Shown here: positions 1 to 12,857 of the stretch, piece by piece
Numbering within the stretch: position 1 is the stretch's first letter
Layout: each line of letters opens with the position of its first letter
Source of the DNA: Ramazzottius varieornatus
Lineage: Eukaryota; Animalia; Tardigrada
NCBI GenBank assembly: GCA_001949185.1
Contig: BDGG01000007.1
Coordinates: 383,401-447,400 of the forward strand
Direction of reading: 5' to 3'
DNA length: 64,000 bases
The notes under the pieces: model-generated
The model's database searches: none
The model's input: the letters and a program-made list of their open reading frames with translations, nothing else
What the model was told of the DNA's origin: nothing
Made by a program: the position numbers and the translations under genes

Positions 1-40
1 GGTTACGATTAGCATTATGGCGCATTAGCCTTTGTTGCAG

Positions 41-323
41 GCTGAACAACTGTATGACGAAGTGTCCCACTTCGCTGAGCGCGCCAGAGATCATATTTGT
101 GCGATTAATGGTGGGGGACTGTTTACTTACACCAGAGCACTGCTGATGGGTGTAAGTTACGCGGCACCGGGCAGAAGTGTCCAGCGATCAAACGAAACAT
201 ACTCTTATCCAAATCGGATGTGTTTTGCAGACGGTCACCCTAGCCGGATCCATGACGTTCCTAATTAAAGAGCTCGCGGGCAACGAGAAAACTGGTGGAT
301 CATCTGCGAACTGTACAGTGTGA
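41..323 (+). CDS. 3' end of a gustatory-receptor-like (7tm_7 superfamily) gene; exons 41-151 and 231-323
   Basis: Acceptor ttgcag at 40, donor gtaagt at 152, acceptor ttgcag at 230, all phase 0. Spliced product ...CAINGGGLFTYTRALLMG|TVTLAGSMTFLIKEL...* resembles the GR C-terminal 'GxFxxxxxLLxxxxxxxxT(Y/F)LI' motif, with phase-0 introns near TM7 as is typical of the family. Confidence 0.6.
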
Positions 324-832
324 TCACCAACAAGATTTCGGTCCTTGACAGATTTAATGAAAAAAATTGCCCTATTTTTGTTCGGAGCGGTAGCTCTGAG
401 TGCTCTGTCGCCCTAGAACGGACCTACGCTGGTCCAGCTTTGCCACATCTGTAACTGATACCATGAGTAATCGTACGGCCTAACACCTGGCGGACGCCAC
501 CGGCTCGTTGGATTGCAGTCTTAGGCTCGGAAGTATGACTTGCAACTTCTCTGGAGGAAAGTTTTCAAAACTTTTTCCTGACTTCAATATGTGAGGCCGT
601 TCTGAGTGGACGTCTGAAGTAGTTTAGTCTGTTGCCGCGGTCGAGTACCGGGCGTTACTAGTCCATCTGAAGGACATAAACTCATTGAGTCTGCACTATA
701 TAAGCGCTGGATTGATAGTTAGTCTTGGGCGGTTTTACATCATGTAGTTCAGTCTAATGAAGAGCTTTCGGCAATATCACGTCTCGCCACCCGCAATCCT
801 TACGGATACCTCTTGTAGGGGAAACTCTCCTC

Positions 833-1030
833 CAGTGTTGATTTCAGTCTTGGGCATAAATTCCGGCCGTTCGATCAATCAAGTACAACTGTCCCACTGA
901 GACTGAATAGTGAAAACTAGCTTTTGTAACTCAGTTTTTATATCAGTTTTCTATATCAGTCTTTAGTTGACTTGCGTCGCTTGATTGATCGTTAACTACG
1001 TAAATTATGCCCAGACTGAAATCAACACTG
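833..1030. mobile_element. hAT-like MITE
   Basis: ~28-bp TIRs (cagtgttgatttcagtcttgggcataa / ttatgcccagactgaaatcaacactg). Flanks ctctcctc / ttctcctc form a 7-of-8 match to an 8-bp TSD. Confidence 0.8.
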
Positions 1031-1842
1031 TTCTCCTCAGTGTTTCAATTTTTTCTCTAAGCGGATGGTGGGTATGTCTCTTGAGCAAAGACACGAAAAC
1101 TAATATACCACCGAAAATGCCCGAAATCGTAAGGATTTCTTCCAGACTGCTGAAGTTATACTGACCAGTGGTCATCGGCTGCGTTCTGGTGATAAGACTA
1201 AAGAAAAAAAGTTTGATGCGAACCGGGCAAAATGGGAATTGTAGGGAGCGAAAAATTGCCGTGTTGTACTCACAATGACCACGTTGGTAATCAGGGTGTT
1301 AAGTGTGGTGTGGTGTTTTTTGTTTTGGTGTTTCGCCACACCGAAACTACCTTTTCGGTCTTGGTTTCGGTTTCGGTGTGAAACTTACACCGCTTTTTTC
1401 AGTCTGGTGTTCTGCGCACACCGAGTGTGGTCTTCTTTTCGGTGTGGTGGTAAAACCACACTATGGCCAGGTCTACTCACCTTCGCTATTCAAAGTACGA
1501 CCACAGACCCCCACAATGACGTCAGCTCGGTGGTTGATGGACTCGCCGTTGACCGCAGAAAGAGCTTTAGCTTTGAGCAGACATTTTTCGGAGGAGCTGT
1601 TGTCACGAAATCCGTAAGCTATGCCGACGAGGATGCCCGCTGCTTCCGCGGAGGCCTTCATGTGTTCCGGGGACTGATGTCCGTGGCGGTACTTGGCTGT
1701 CAAGGCGAGAACGACACTGTTCCGTCCATCAGCCTTAAGCACCACCTTGAACTACTCTGAAACACGTAGTACAGGCCATAAGTGACAGAATTATTTGATC
1801 GGTGGTATCAATAAGTAAGGCATGAGTACATAAGTGGCAAAT

Positions 1843-1961
1843 TGCTCAGCCGATCAGCTGTTTTGACCCGTTGGAACTAGATGGTGTGCCATCACGCAAC
1901 GGCAACAAGTTATGGTTCGCCGCTCTGTACCAGAAGGTCAAAACAGCTGATCCGCTGAGCA
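1843..1961. repeat. short inverted-repeat element (MITE-like)
   Basis: tgctcagccgatcagctgttttgacc ... ggtcaaaacagctgatccgctgagca. Confidence 0.6.
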
Positions 1962-2213
1962 GTTTGTGATCAATCAAAATACTCAATCAAAGAGCTTCAT
2001 GTCACTGCAGCCCATTCGACGCGTTACTTCCGGATCCCGCAGCATCTTCCAGGATTTTTTTGCGTCTTGGGTTTGTAGCTTAAACTGTGCGCCAGGCTCT
2101 CTTCTGTCTTTCTGTGAGGGCCGTTCGACAATCAGGATTTAACGGTTGGCGTACTCCCCTTGTCAGTCATTAAATTTTGCAAGAGTTTTTCACGCAAGCT
2201 CCTTCTGATAAGA

Positions 2214-2358
2214 GTACACGCGCCTGGCCTAATCATTGGCATGTACAAAATCATTGGCAGCCGTCCGAAAGCGGCAGTGGCCAGCTAAAACTAAGGTTGT
2301 GCTTTCGACCGGCTGCCAACGATTTTGTCCATGCCAGTGACTAGGTGGCCACGTATAC
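2214..2358. repeat. imperfect palindromic MITE-like element
   Basis: cattggcatgtacaaaatcattggcagccg pairs with cggctgccaacgattttgtccatgccagtg. Confidence 0.6.
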
Positions 2359-3885
2359 AGTAGTTGCTGCGCTACGGATATCGTCATTTAAGACCTCGGG
2401 CACGACGCGGTTTCGTGCTTTCAGAATACGAGCTGGGCAACTCACTTTCGTCCCCATTGGTTGAATTTGGCAATACGATGTGCAGTGCACCACCCACCAG
2501 CTTGAGATGGTCAACGTTTATAGTTTCTTGTTGACCAACGGGCAGATATTTTCTCAAATTTAAAACTCGAGCAAGATACAAAAATTATTGAACTAGAGCT
2601 ACAATTTTTTGCGAGACTTTGAGACAACCGAGAGCCTCGCTGAAAGACACTTGCTGGCTACGATGAAATTTCCTCGAAAACGAGAAATTCCAGGCAGATT
2701 AGCATAGTCACTATCCAGTGGCCGTTAGTTACAGTTTCAATAGAAGGTGATGCTTCAGGCAAACATAAAAACGGGTAGCAAAAGCTAAGCTGCACTCTCG
2801 CCACGTAGAAATTAGTCTACTGCAGGAGAGTGAGTTTCCTGCCCCGTGCTCAAGGTGTTAATCACTGCTTCCACGTCAGGAGCGATGTTCTGGTTGTGCG
2901 TGAAAATAAATCCGATGAAATCATCTTATCAACCACAGCCCACGCGTACCCGGAAGGTGTATGCTTGATTTTCAAACCTGGCAGATCCGTCACCATCAGG
3001 TGCAAGTGGGTTATTCGATAACTCAACCGATGCAGCCCCTGCTTTGCTCTACAGTCACGGTCATGGGTCAGGGTCAGTCTGTCAGGTGACGGGAGGTATG
3101 AAGTCAAAAACGTAAGGCTATGGAGTGAGGCTTACCCATGACAGTGACTGTGTCTAATTTCTTGTATTGAAACGACCGTCATCACGTTGCGTTTTTCTGC
3201 CGGAGCACCGAGATTCGGTTTCTCTTACGAGGAAACTAACTGTTTGAACACTACTCCATGGTCTAGGTCAAGAACATCTGCGGAAACAAAAACATTACAA
3301 ATTTGCCCCACAGCATGAGGTTCCGATTTTATGAGCGCTTTATCTGCTACGTGTATGCACGAAAAGAGATGAGAAAATAGTGAAATCGCGATACTTGCTT
3401 TCAAGGAGCGGCAGCAGTAACAGGATCGGGAAAGAACCAGCCACGCTGTTGTGTCGCTGTCACGCACTGTCTAAGGATGCTCGCATTTCCTATGAGAAGA
3501 AAGCTAGCTTGAACTACTGTGAAGGCAGGAACCGATCCCTGTTGCAGTCAGAAGTTTGTCTCACCACTGACCACGGGAGGAAATTCTTTCTTCTGGCGAC
3601 ACAGTCAGAGGGCGGTGTTCGTAGTCTTGCCGGAAGTTGTTCCGATCTGCCTGCTCGGCAGGAGTTGCGCCTCGTTAATTACCGGTGAGTGTTTCTCCAA
3701 CCACGAAACTTTCCTAACGGAAAGCCCATCACCGAGCAAAACGAAAAGTACAATGCAAGAGCCTTTCTCTTCATGAGCTGGTTTTACTGGACAGTATTTC
3801 CCGGTACCTGCGCCGATCCATAATGCCAGACTCACGTCGGTGAACCTGTGAAAGAACTGGCATAATCATAATCCGGTAACAAGCG

Positions 3886-4103
3886 TACAGTCACTGTCAC
3901 GGGCCATCGGCTCCCCATTCTTTTCCCTCGTAATTTCATATCTTCTGAACCCGTCGTCCGATTCTAAAACTTTAACCACTGTGATTTAGGAAGTGTCTTC
4001 TAAATGACAGTGTTTAAATTTTTAGAATCGGAAGACGGGTTCAGAAGAAATGAAATTACGAGCGAAGACCATGAGGCGCCGATAACCCGTGACAGTGACT
4101 GTA
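3886..4103. mobile_element. Tc1/mariner-type palindromic MITE (TA|cagt...actg|TA)
   Basis: About 105-bp arms, nearly complementary along their whole length (tacagtcactgtcacggg...cccgtgacagtgactgta), with TA at both ends. Confidence 0.8.
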
Positions 4104-4588
4104 TCTCAGTACAAGGTCATAAGTTCATGTACAGTACAGGATTTGCATGGCATATGGCATTTTTGCCCGTGGTCTCTCTGCCAATTTATCGATGCATTTT
4201 GACTCAGTCGCTGGCTCACGGGCAGGGAAGCACTTTCTTCATTGTACTTTCAGGCTGGATACGGAACGGTCCGTCTACATGGTCAGGTAGTGGTCACGCA
4301 CTGCGTAGAAATGTTGCGCTCTAACAGAAAAAGCTGAGGCCTCGACGTAACCGAGAACGTTTCCCCGTTATACATGGAGCCAGTCACATTGCCGATCATG
4401 AGACAAACCGTTTTTGTCAGCACTGGAGTCCAAGGTCGGACTTTGTGCTCAGGTTGCGTCAAAAAGCATCTCTAATGTACCCATTTCGTAACTTTAGGTA
4501 CTTACGGCATTTCTTCACCAAGACTTTTCGATCTGACATTCTGTTGAGGTTCCGAAAGCATGTCAGGGAACAAGCAAAAAAATATCGA

Positions 4589-4705
4589 GTGGCCTTTTAG
4601 CGGCTAGGGTTCTGCGTGCCTCCACTTCCGCTGGTTCCCAGCTAGCGGAAGTGAAGGCACCCACTTCAAGATTGGCAGTGTTGTTTTGAGATCCGCTAAA
4701 GCCAC
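4589..4705. repeat. hairpin/MITE-like element upstream of the GPCR
   Basis: gtggccttttagcgg...ccgctaaagccac, with an inner pair gtgcctccacttccgct / agcggaagtgaaggcac. Confidence 0.5.
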
Positions 4706-4950
4706 ACAGTACAGTGCAAGGCCATAAGTTCGTCTGCTCGATTTTTAAGACCGTTCTTTATGCTCGAAAAGGCACATCAGCGGTATCTGCTGAACGGGAT
4801 GAGCAATCTGTGCATCTTTACATCCCAGTCACTTCTGGTGTACATTCAATTTCGATAAATTCTTGAATACGGCAACTTTATTATTGTTCAGTGTAAGGTC
4901 CGCCTCCCCTTTCCTGCCTCACCAGGCCGATTTACAGTATAAGTCCCAGT

Positions 4951-6015
4951 ATGTCGTCCAAACATGTTTCTTGGACCATAAACGGGACAAATTCGACGAA
5001 CACAACAGACACGGCTCCTGATGCAGGGTGGAATCCCCTCAATACTTTCGGACTCTTCGGCGTCGTAGCAGGTATCATTTGCAACGTCAGTGTTTTGGCC
5101 ATCTTTCTTTCTCGAAGAAGTCTGCGGAACTCCTTCGGAGTTTATGTGGTGAATCTACTGATCAACGAAACCATTCTGGCTCTGGTCTACAGTCCCCTCA
5201 CGATGCCGGACGCTTATTACCATGTTTGGGTCCTCGGCTACGATGTATGCATGTTCGTCAACTTCGTCGGTTACACCTACGAGACCTTGATTATTTGGGC
5301 GCACTTCCTCATCGCCGTGAACCGTATCTGGGCATTGTCGTTTCCTTTCTCCTACCGCACTGATCATTCCACGAAAGTCGCTGTTCTGCTCTGTGGCTCT
5401 CTGTGGCTCGCCATGAACGTGGTTTACATTCCAGTGACTCTCCTCACCGCCAGTCTTAATCCAGGATCGTTCCCCAACACCTGGTCGTGTGATATAGACA
5501 CGACCGGCATCTTGTTCGTTTTCACAGAAATAGGCCTGTTCGTCACTCCAATGGTGTTGGTCATCGTGTCGTATCCGTACGTCTGCTACAAGTCCTTCTT
5601 CAGCAAGCGCAAGCAACGGATATTCCCGCAATCACTTGCAGTCGCAAGTTATGCCCATGGCCAGCAGGACTTTCAGCCGTCTCGAATTTCCGGTGGGACG
5701 GTCGCAACGATCACCAACCCTGGGGCTGGAGCGAAGAAAGTCAAGCGACATCGGATTTGTGGAAGAGAGCTGAACGGTAGTCTGACTGGCTTTGTGACTT
5801 TAACCTTGATGACGTTGAGCGTCGCCATCTGCCTCTTACCCAAGGAGGCATTCTTCACGTACCTGATCTGGGCTGAGAGCGAGCCGCCGGGTGTCCTGGA
5901 CGTTGCTGACATACTGCAGCGACTCACGACCCTCTTTGATCCAATCCTAATCGTGTTGGCCAACACAGAAATACGAAAAATGCTGTACAGACAATGTCGA
6001 CGCACCCTACAGTAG
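4951..6015 (+). CDS. intronless rhodopsin-like (class A) orphan GPCR, 354 aa
   Basis: N-terminal N-glycosylation sites, 7 hydrophobic segments, TM1 N, ECL1 W..G...C, NRI in place of DRY, CLLP in TM6, DP in TM7. Confidence 0.9.
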   Translation: MSSKHVSWTINGTNSTNTTDTAPDAGWNPLNTFGLFGVVAGIICNVSVLAIFLSRRSLRNSFGVYVVNLLINETILALVYSPLTMPDAYYHVWVLGYDVCMFVNFVGYTYETLIIWAHFLIAVNRIWALSFPFSYRTDHSTKVAVLLCGSLWLAMNVVYIPVTLLTASLNPGSFPNTWSCDIDTTGILFVFTEIGLFVTPMVLVIVSYPYVCYKSFFSKRKQRIFPQSLAVASYAHGQQDFQPSRISGGTVATITNPGAGAKKVKRHRICGRELNGSLTGFVTLTLMTLSVAICLLPKEAFFTYLIWAESEPPGVLDVADILQRLTTLFDPILIVLANTEIRKMLYRQCRRTLQ

Positions 6016-9000
6016 GCTTCGGAGTAGTCCTTCGATTCCAAGCATATGCCTACTATCCAGAATCAAACAGCAGCAATGTATCGTACTCAAAGCTTCACGC
6101 TCGACCTCCATTCGCCGCTGATCCCGTGACGATTCAAGTCATAGCCAAGTGGTAGAGTCCCTCCGTCAGCGGCGTATCGAAGTGCAGACTACTTGTACTG
6201 TATGAGCATTCGTCTGACCCAATTCTGGGCATGGACAAAATTGTGGGTAGCACAAATTGGCGCTAATGGAACGCAAAGAATGTCATACCGGAACAGAAAC
6301 TAGCCATGTAACGTCAGCAATTGAAAATCTCGCGATGAGCTTTCTATTGTGTGCTGTCGTTCCAGGTTCTGTAATCTGTACTCCTTCATGAATTGTTTTT
6401 CCAATCTCGACAAACTTTACCTTACAAACTGTCGGAAGATTTCAAGCGCAAGAAGCGCCGAAAGTACATCGAAGAAAGTCTGAGATATGCTCCCAAGAAA
6501 AAAAACTTGGATTCGGAGTACGCCGCACTAGAGCATCCTGGGTATTATCAGGTGCGGAAGTATGACTTGTCCCCTTGGCCTCTGCCGATCGCATTGCTGG
6601 GTGAGAGAGATCTATAACGGTCAGGCGTGTGAGGTGGCCATCAAATGTAATCACGGTTCTGTTTCAGTGCCGCTCATGGTTCGAACTTTTCTGTTATGGT
6701 TTGCACTTAGAAATCTTCTATAGAGTGCAGGTGTTGTCACCGATAGCAATGCGGACTGCTATCGGCTCGTTCTTGTTTGCAATCCGGAGAGAGAAAAATG
6801 ACAAAGTTGTGCGTTATTTTCGAGGTGCGCGAAGTAAGTGGGGTGCCAATTTCTCTTGTTGTTTTGCCCTCCTCGTCTTATTTAAATTTGATATGAGACT
6901 TTAGGGAGGCAGACCTAAGTCTTGTAAGAATTGCACTGTAGTTTGGGAAGGATCGGGTGTGACATGATCGGTCAACACATTGTCGTCCACTTTCGACTTG
7001 GGTCTTCCGTAACGGTAACTTTTCAATGAAAAATCCCCAGGACGAAACCGATCAACCCTATCCCCTATGGTAAAAATGTTAGGTATTTCATCATCAGACA
7101 CGGATCTGATTTGTCGGCGGTGCGAGATGCGTTCGGTTCTCGATAAAATTCAAGGACCAAAATCCCCGAAATTCCACTTGTGTATGACTCCGTCGAAACA
7201 ATTCCTGGCGTACGCCAGAGCTGAGAAACCTGAATCAATGGAGTGTCAAACAAGGGAAGGTAGTTGGTAGACTGACCGGAGAAAATGTTTAGAACGAAAG
7301 GACGAAGGGGTAAGGTTGTGCATTCCATGCCCTACCCTCTTGGAATGAAAATAAGAAAGAAATTCCTGATATTCCTGTTCTCCTATCTTTCTTTTCCAAA
7401 ATTCTGCGGTGGAAACTTGGAATTCCAAAACACTGTGGAAACGTATGTTGTTGTGGGGTATATCGATCAAGTTGTGCACTTTCTACGCGAATAATGCTTG
7501 TACCATGCGGACGAATGCCTTTTCGGTCCAAAGTATTCCTGCTAACCGTCAGATATCACAACCACGTCGAAAAAGCTGCCCGTGCATCCTATGAAACCCA
7601 CCATTATCATGGATTCGATAGACCTTCGATTAAGTGATCCGTTAATTTATCTGCAAAATCTGAAAAGCAGCCTCATGGAATTCCTACTAGTTTTCCAGAT
7701 TTCGCCTGTTTTCCAAAATAAGAATTCCACCGTTCCAAACCCTCACTTCTTGGAACGGAGAGGAATTCCTGGAAAGGAACGAAATGTGGAAAGCAATGGA
7801 ACTTGGAATACACAACCTTATGAAGGGGAGCAGAAGTCAAGATGTTCCAAAGGAGACAAGTCATACTTCTGTACCTGATAGTAGCAATATGTACGATGAG
7901 TCTACTAAATTGCCCATGTATGCGCATCACATGTGCATTTCGACTTGGCCAATCAATAAATCAAAAGCGCATTTGGTTGCTTGATTGATGAACTCAGCGT
8001 TGAGTTCTCTCTTTGTTTGATTGCTTGGTTTTTCTGATTGTTTCGGGGGATTTTTGTTCGGTTGATATTCTGATGAACATTCGTTGGTTTTGATGATCCG
8101 GTCCACCCGGACTAGTGATCGAATGGATCCGCATTGATGATCCGGTCCAACCGGACCGATCATTGGGAATGCCGACTCGGTTCGGTCTTCCCTTAAGTCT
8201 TGTTCAGAAGTCCAGCCCGGACCTACTGGACAGCTCGATTGAATGAAAGATCGGACCAAATCGCCAGCAGATTGACAGGCTGGATGGAGGTGAAGGTCCG
8301 ACTGAGATGGGGGTCCGACTTGACAGTCGGACAGTCAGCCGCGTCATGTCAAAAACACTTCTTGAAGTGTCATATAATTAGTCTTGCGGCTGTTCAGTCT
8401 TCCTTGTTAGTCCTGACTTCCGGCCACCTTCCTCAGAACCACAACCTTCTCCGCTGCCTTCTCCCGATCCCTTCTCGTTCGTCTGGATACATTATGATGT
8501 CAGCACCTCGCCTGAAAACAAACGCATTTAACTGTGAAAGAATTCAGTTTTCAAATCCGCTGCAGTACGGGCCGTCAGCTCTTCTCGTAAATATCGAGAT
8601 TCTGTTTTCGGCGCAGATCTCTCCAGCTGGAGAAGACTTGTGGTTGTTTTTCGTTCAGAAATCTGAAGTGGTTGACTGAAACGGCTATATCCGTTTTCTT
8701 CTTCCAGTTTTGATCAGGTAAAAGAGATAGGCTAATTTTCGGAAATTCAAAGAAAAACAAAATCTCGAACACCTCCTTCGCCGAAATTCGACCAGGACAT
8801 CTTGCTAGGTGCCCCTTTTTGACTTTTTGCACCCGGCTGAAAGGTCGAAAATTTATCAGAGCTGTCCTTACCTTCAAGCGCAACCTACAGTATCCCAGAA
8901 ACGTGGATGCCGCGAAAAACAGAAGCAGTTTCAGGCACAGTAAAATCCGCATTTCTGTCAGTCGATCGACTGTTCCCAATTGCTCCTTCCAAGCCTCACA

Positions 9001-9384
9001 ATATTTGTAAGATAACAGGGATGAACGAGAGCTGGAATCAAGATCAGGATGATCGAGGAAAGGTGGAGGAAGGCGATCGATTGCTAGAACTAACGGGAGC
9101 AGTCAACAGCGACGAAATTTTATCGTCTGAAAATTCAGTCCGAAATTTCGCGCATGTGTCAGTCACCTGCGTGATCGAGCGCACAGCATGCGCTCGATCA
9201 CGTAAGGACCGGTTGAGAAAATTGTACGCTAAGTACCTGTCCGGCGCTTTGGCGATGTCAACTGCGCCTTGGCGATGTCAATCAAGAGCTTAATCATGTG
9301 TTTTGCTCACCAGCAAGACGATGTTTAGCAGCACATCAGCAAGTACTCGTTTTCTTTTGAGCAGTTCGCGCATTGGCGGATGGA

Positions 9385-9947
9385 TAGGGTTGTTAACGGA
9401 TGGTTAAATGGGTAAACGGATGGATGAGCGGATGGATGGAACCGTCAACCGGATTGTTGCTGGATGGATGGATGGACCACCGGATGAACTCATTTCCAAC
9501 AAGATAGCGTATTGAATTAATTAAATGAGTCGGAATGGAAATTATTGTCACAAGGGGGCTTAGAGTGGGCGTTTTGAGATGGCGGCCACAGCAACCTGTC
9601 TGTATTCGGTCGGATCTCGGGTTTTCGAGCGGAACAACGTGTTTGGATTGCTCCCAGCTTTGATCGATTTTCAATTCGTGAACTGGTTTAAGTCCCTGTC
9701 CAAGCCATGGTTTTATTCGTATGGAAAGTTGGATGGATGGAAGGGATTAATATCCGGTTGGGCGATGGATGGATGGGATTTTTATCCGGTTGGGCGATGG
9801 ATGGATGGGATTTTTATCCGGTTGGGCGATGGATGGATGGGATTTTTATCCGGTTGGGCGATGGATGGATGGGGAGCTCATCCAATCCGATTTCTATCCG
9901 GATCAATCCGGATCCATCCGTGGTCGGATTGGATTTTAACAACGCTA
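9385..9947. mobile_element. hAT-like non-autonomous element carrying an internal minisatellite
   Basis: Ends tagggttgttaa / ttaacaacgcta. Flanks cggatgga / cggacgga (7/8 TSD match). Interior rich in ggat/atcc. Confidence 0.7.
9751..9874 (+). repeat. 32-bp tandem repeat, about 4 copies (tatccggttgggcgatggatggatgggatttt)
   Basis: Units start at 9751, 9783, 9815 and 9847, near-identical, with no spacers. Confidence 0.95.
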
Positions 9948-11990
9948 CGGACGGATGACAGTTCGGAAAGCTTAATTTCGCTAATTTCCCCAGTAACTCC
10001 TTTCCAGTTCAAAGAGTTAAGTCTAGACGTAAATTTAGCGTCAGAGTTAGGTTTCCCCGCAGAGTAGCCGATCACGGGAGGATATTGAGATCAAATCTGA
10101 AATTAACAACGATCAATAAAATCTGCGTAAAACGCTCTGTTGTCCGCGTTGACCAGTTCTGTTTCAGCTGTAAGCGATTACAGCTGGTGAAGCCCCTTTT
10201 TCGGAAATCACTTCCCCATAATTTTTTTCATGTCCAAAATAAGGCCGCCCTCGTGTACAGTGTTTTGGGTCATCGGTTTCCTAACTTTAAAAGAAAACAA
10301 CCGGCGAACGAGCTTTGCCTGCCTACTTCGCCCGACATCCGTGAATGTTTCTGTGCGTTGTGATGCTGTATAGTTATGACGCAACGAGGTGTTCAAACAA
10401 CGTATCCATAAAGCGATAACTCCGATATCTAATCCTTTGCCAAACAATTATCTCGCATGTGGAGCTCGTCATTGCAATCTTGCGAATGAATAAGTTCGAG
10501 TTTGTGATTGACACGTTGTACCACGCAATTGTGGATCCGCGATCTGCTGAATTCCGAATTTGAACTTCATGGCGCATGTTCAGCGTAAGTTGCATCAAAC
10601 GAAACCTGTGGATGTTAGACATTGGATGTACCGTCGTTTCCAGTTCACCGGTTTCCAGCTTGTACGATGCGAGAGTGCTTCGTTATGGCGGACAGATGCA
10701 GGATTCGTACCTGACAGGCAATTCGAACTAGGTAATACTCTGAGATGTTGATCTCAGACGGACACATTTCCAGATCTATTCTGGCACTACCGTAAAGCTT
10801 TTCCGTCATGTCCCCTTCCTACCCCGGAAGACGTCGGAATCCGGCCATGTTCGTACGAGGCTTTTTTATCATCATGGCGATCGTTACAGTGCTACTGTCG
10901 ATGCTCAGACACGAAATCTTCAGTTCCTCGGAAAGTGCGGCAGAGTGGTACGCAAACTTACGGTCCAGAGACTTCAAGACTCGCCCCTCGAAGACAGGAA
11001 AATAGTAATTCCGCTCCGTTCCGGCTGGGCCCGATTTGGAACGGTGGAATTCCGAATCGGAATATAAGCCTCAGACCAGACTTCTGCCTGTCGAAATTCG
11101 GTTCTCTGCAGTGGAATTTCTACTTCGTGCGAAATTTGGTGTGGTGACACCCAGTGCAGCGGCGGTCATACAAAACAAAACTGGCGGGAAATACAGATAG
11201 TGCTCAGATGTGCGACTTGTGGATGACGTAATTTTCAAGTACAGGATGAAGTCAGATGACGCAACATACTAAAAGTTCCAGTTTGAATTTCGGCCTTTAT
11301 TTGAGAGTAGAGTCTGGAAAACGTTTCAACAGGAGTTGATTGTCAATCAACCCAAGTGACGTTTTCGCAGGCCGCAGGAGTCGAAGTTTGACTAACTTTA
11401 GGGAGCATGAGCGAGTCAAAGCAGGATTTGAATTTATGCAACATGTGTGCGAGCCACGTGGTCATCGTGAAAATCACCGCAATGACACGTGGGACTCATC
11501 GAGTCGTACGAGCTGCGTAGCTCTTGCACAGTAGCCACTTGCACTTGTACGATATTCGTACGGTACAGAAAAAACAAGCCCACGCGTTTTACAAATTTTA
11601 CCGCTGTAAAAACTTTGCGGTAGGCATTTTCCATTCTGAGCACTCCACTTTGAGATCTACCTTATCGCCAGTTTTGGCATACTCGCTGTCTCTCTCGGCA
11701 AATATATTGCATTGGCCGCGACCGACTGGTTAGGGAACGGTCAGGACGATCAGACTCCGATCATCGTTTTGATGCTTTTTCCTGACAGGTATGTCTCTTA
11801 GCATACTATAAACAGCAGGAAGGAATTCTATGAGCCTCTTCCTCGAGCTGGAGAAAATCCTGAAAGTGCGGAGCCGTTGTCCACCCCGTATGGCAGCAGT
11901 AAGTTCCCGGGTGCCTACTGTCCTCGTATCGCGAGCAGTATTGAGTCACCGGCAACAAAAACGAAGTAGATGACTAGATGTGCTCCTGAA

Positions 11991-12127
11991 CACTTCTATG
12001 CTTGCCTCGATCCGACCGGGTCGATCGACCCGGGGTCGAATGGGTTACGAACGTTTTCATTTGTATCATCGACCCATTCGACCCGCTAACATCGACCCCG
12101 GGTTAACGGGTCGACCCAAACATAGTG
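11991..12127. repeat. palindromic MITE-like element
   Basis: ctatg...cgacccggggtcga on the left versus tcgaccccgggttaacgggtcgacccaaacatag on the right. Confidence 0.55.
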
Positions 12128-12857
12128 TAACAGGGTTTTTGAATGTACGAGTATTTATTTTGAACATTGATGATTCGAATGATCAGCGGTCAGCGGTCAG
12201 CGGTGAGCTCGTAAAACATCTTTTTTCGTGGCCAAAAAGACCGAATACCATGGATCCGAAGGAACATTTAGGAGCACGTAAGTAGGTTCTGCGGTTAAGT
12301 CAAAATTACCGAGTCCGCTTCCACAGTACATGACGCCTTTAGCTTTGTGGTGGGTACCGGAAGTCGGCCTATTAGTCACGATTTATCGCTGCGCTCTCCC
12401 GTTTTGCTTCGGTCATGCTGCTCGACAGTTCCTTGTCCATTATTGGTTGACGGGCTACAGCTCGTAGTTCAGCAACTCAAGGCTTCTCTGGTGGTGGTCA
12501 GTCCATTATACTACTTCGTAACCGCCTAGAACCTACGGAGCTACCCGATGTTCTGAAACACTTTCTGAGATTCGTCGTTGTTGTCTGATCCATCCTGAGA
12601 TCCACTTGTTAGCTCGCTTTTGAGTTCTCGGCGAAGGTTGACCCTGTTTTCGGCAGCTGTGTTGCAAACTGACAAAAGCATTTCAGAATGGCTCAGACAA
12701 CATCGGCGAATCTCATCGGAAAAAGTTTCAGAATGTCGGGTACAAAATTTCGGGTAACTTCAGATGATTATGGGCAAACTTCGGTTGATCTCGGATAATT
12801 CGTTTAATTTAGGGTGAACTTCGGGCAACTATGATAAAAATTGCCCAATGTCCGAAA

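Noticed and set aside
1275-1760. 161-aa ORF
   Set aside because: The 5' half derives from ttcggt/gtgtg low-complexity repeats, and no domain is recognisable.
9751-9874. CRISPR-like 32-bp repeat
   Set aside because: The units are directly adjacent with no unique spacers, there are no cas genes, and the context is eukaryotic.
9579-10067. ORFs with GWAMDGW repeats
   Set aside because: These are translation artefacts of the minisatellite.
10808-11005. Short TM-containing ORF
   Set aside because: It resembles a type II membrane N-terminus but has no continuation, so the evidence is insufficient.
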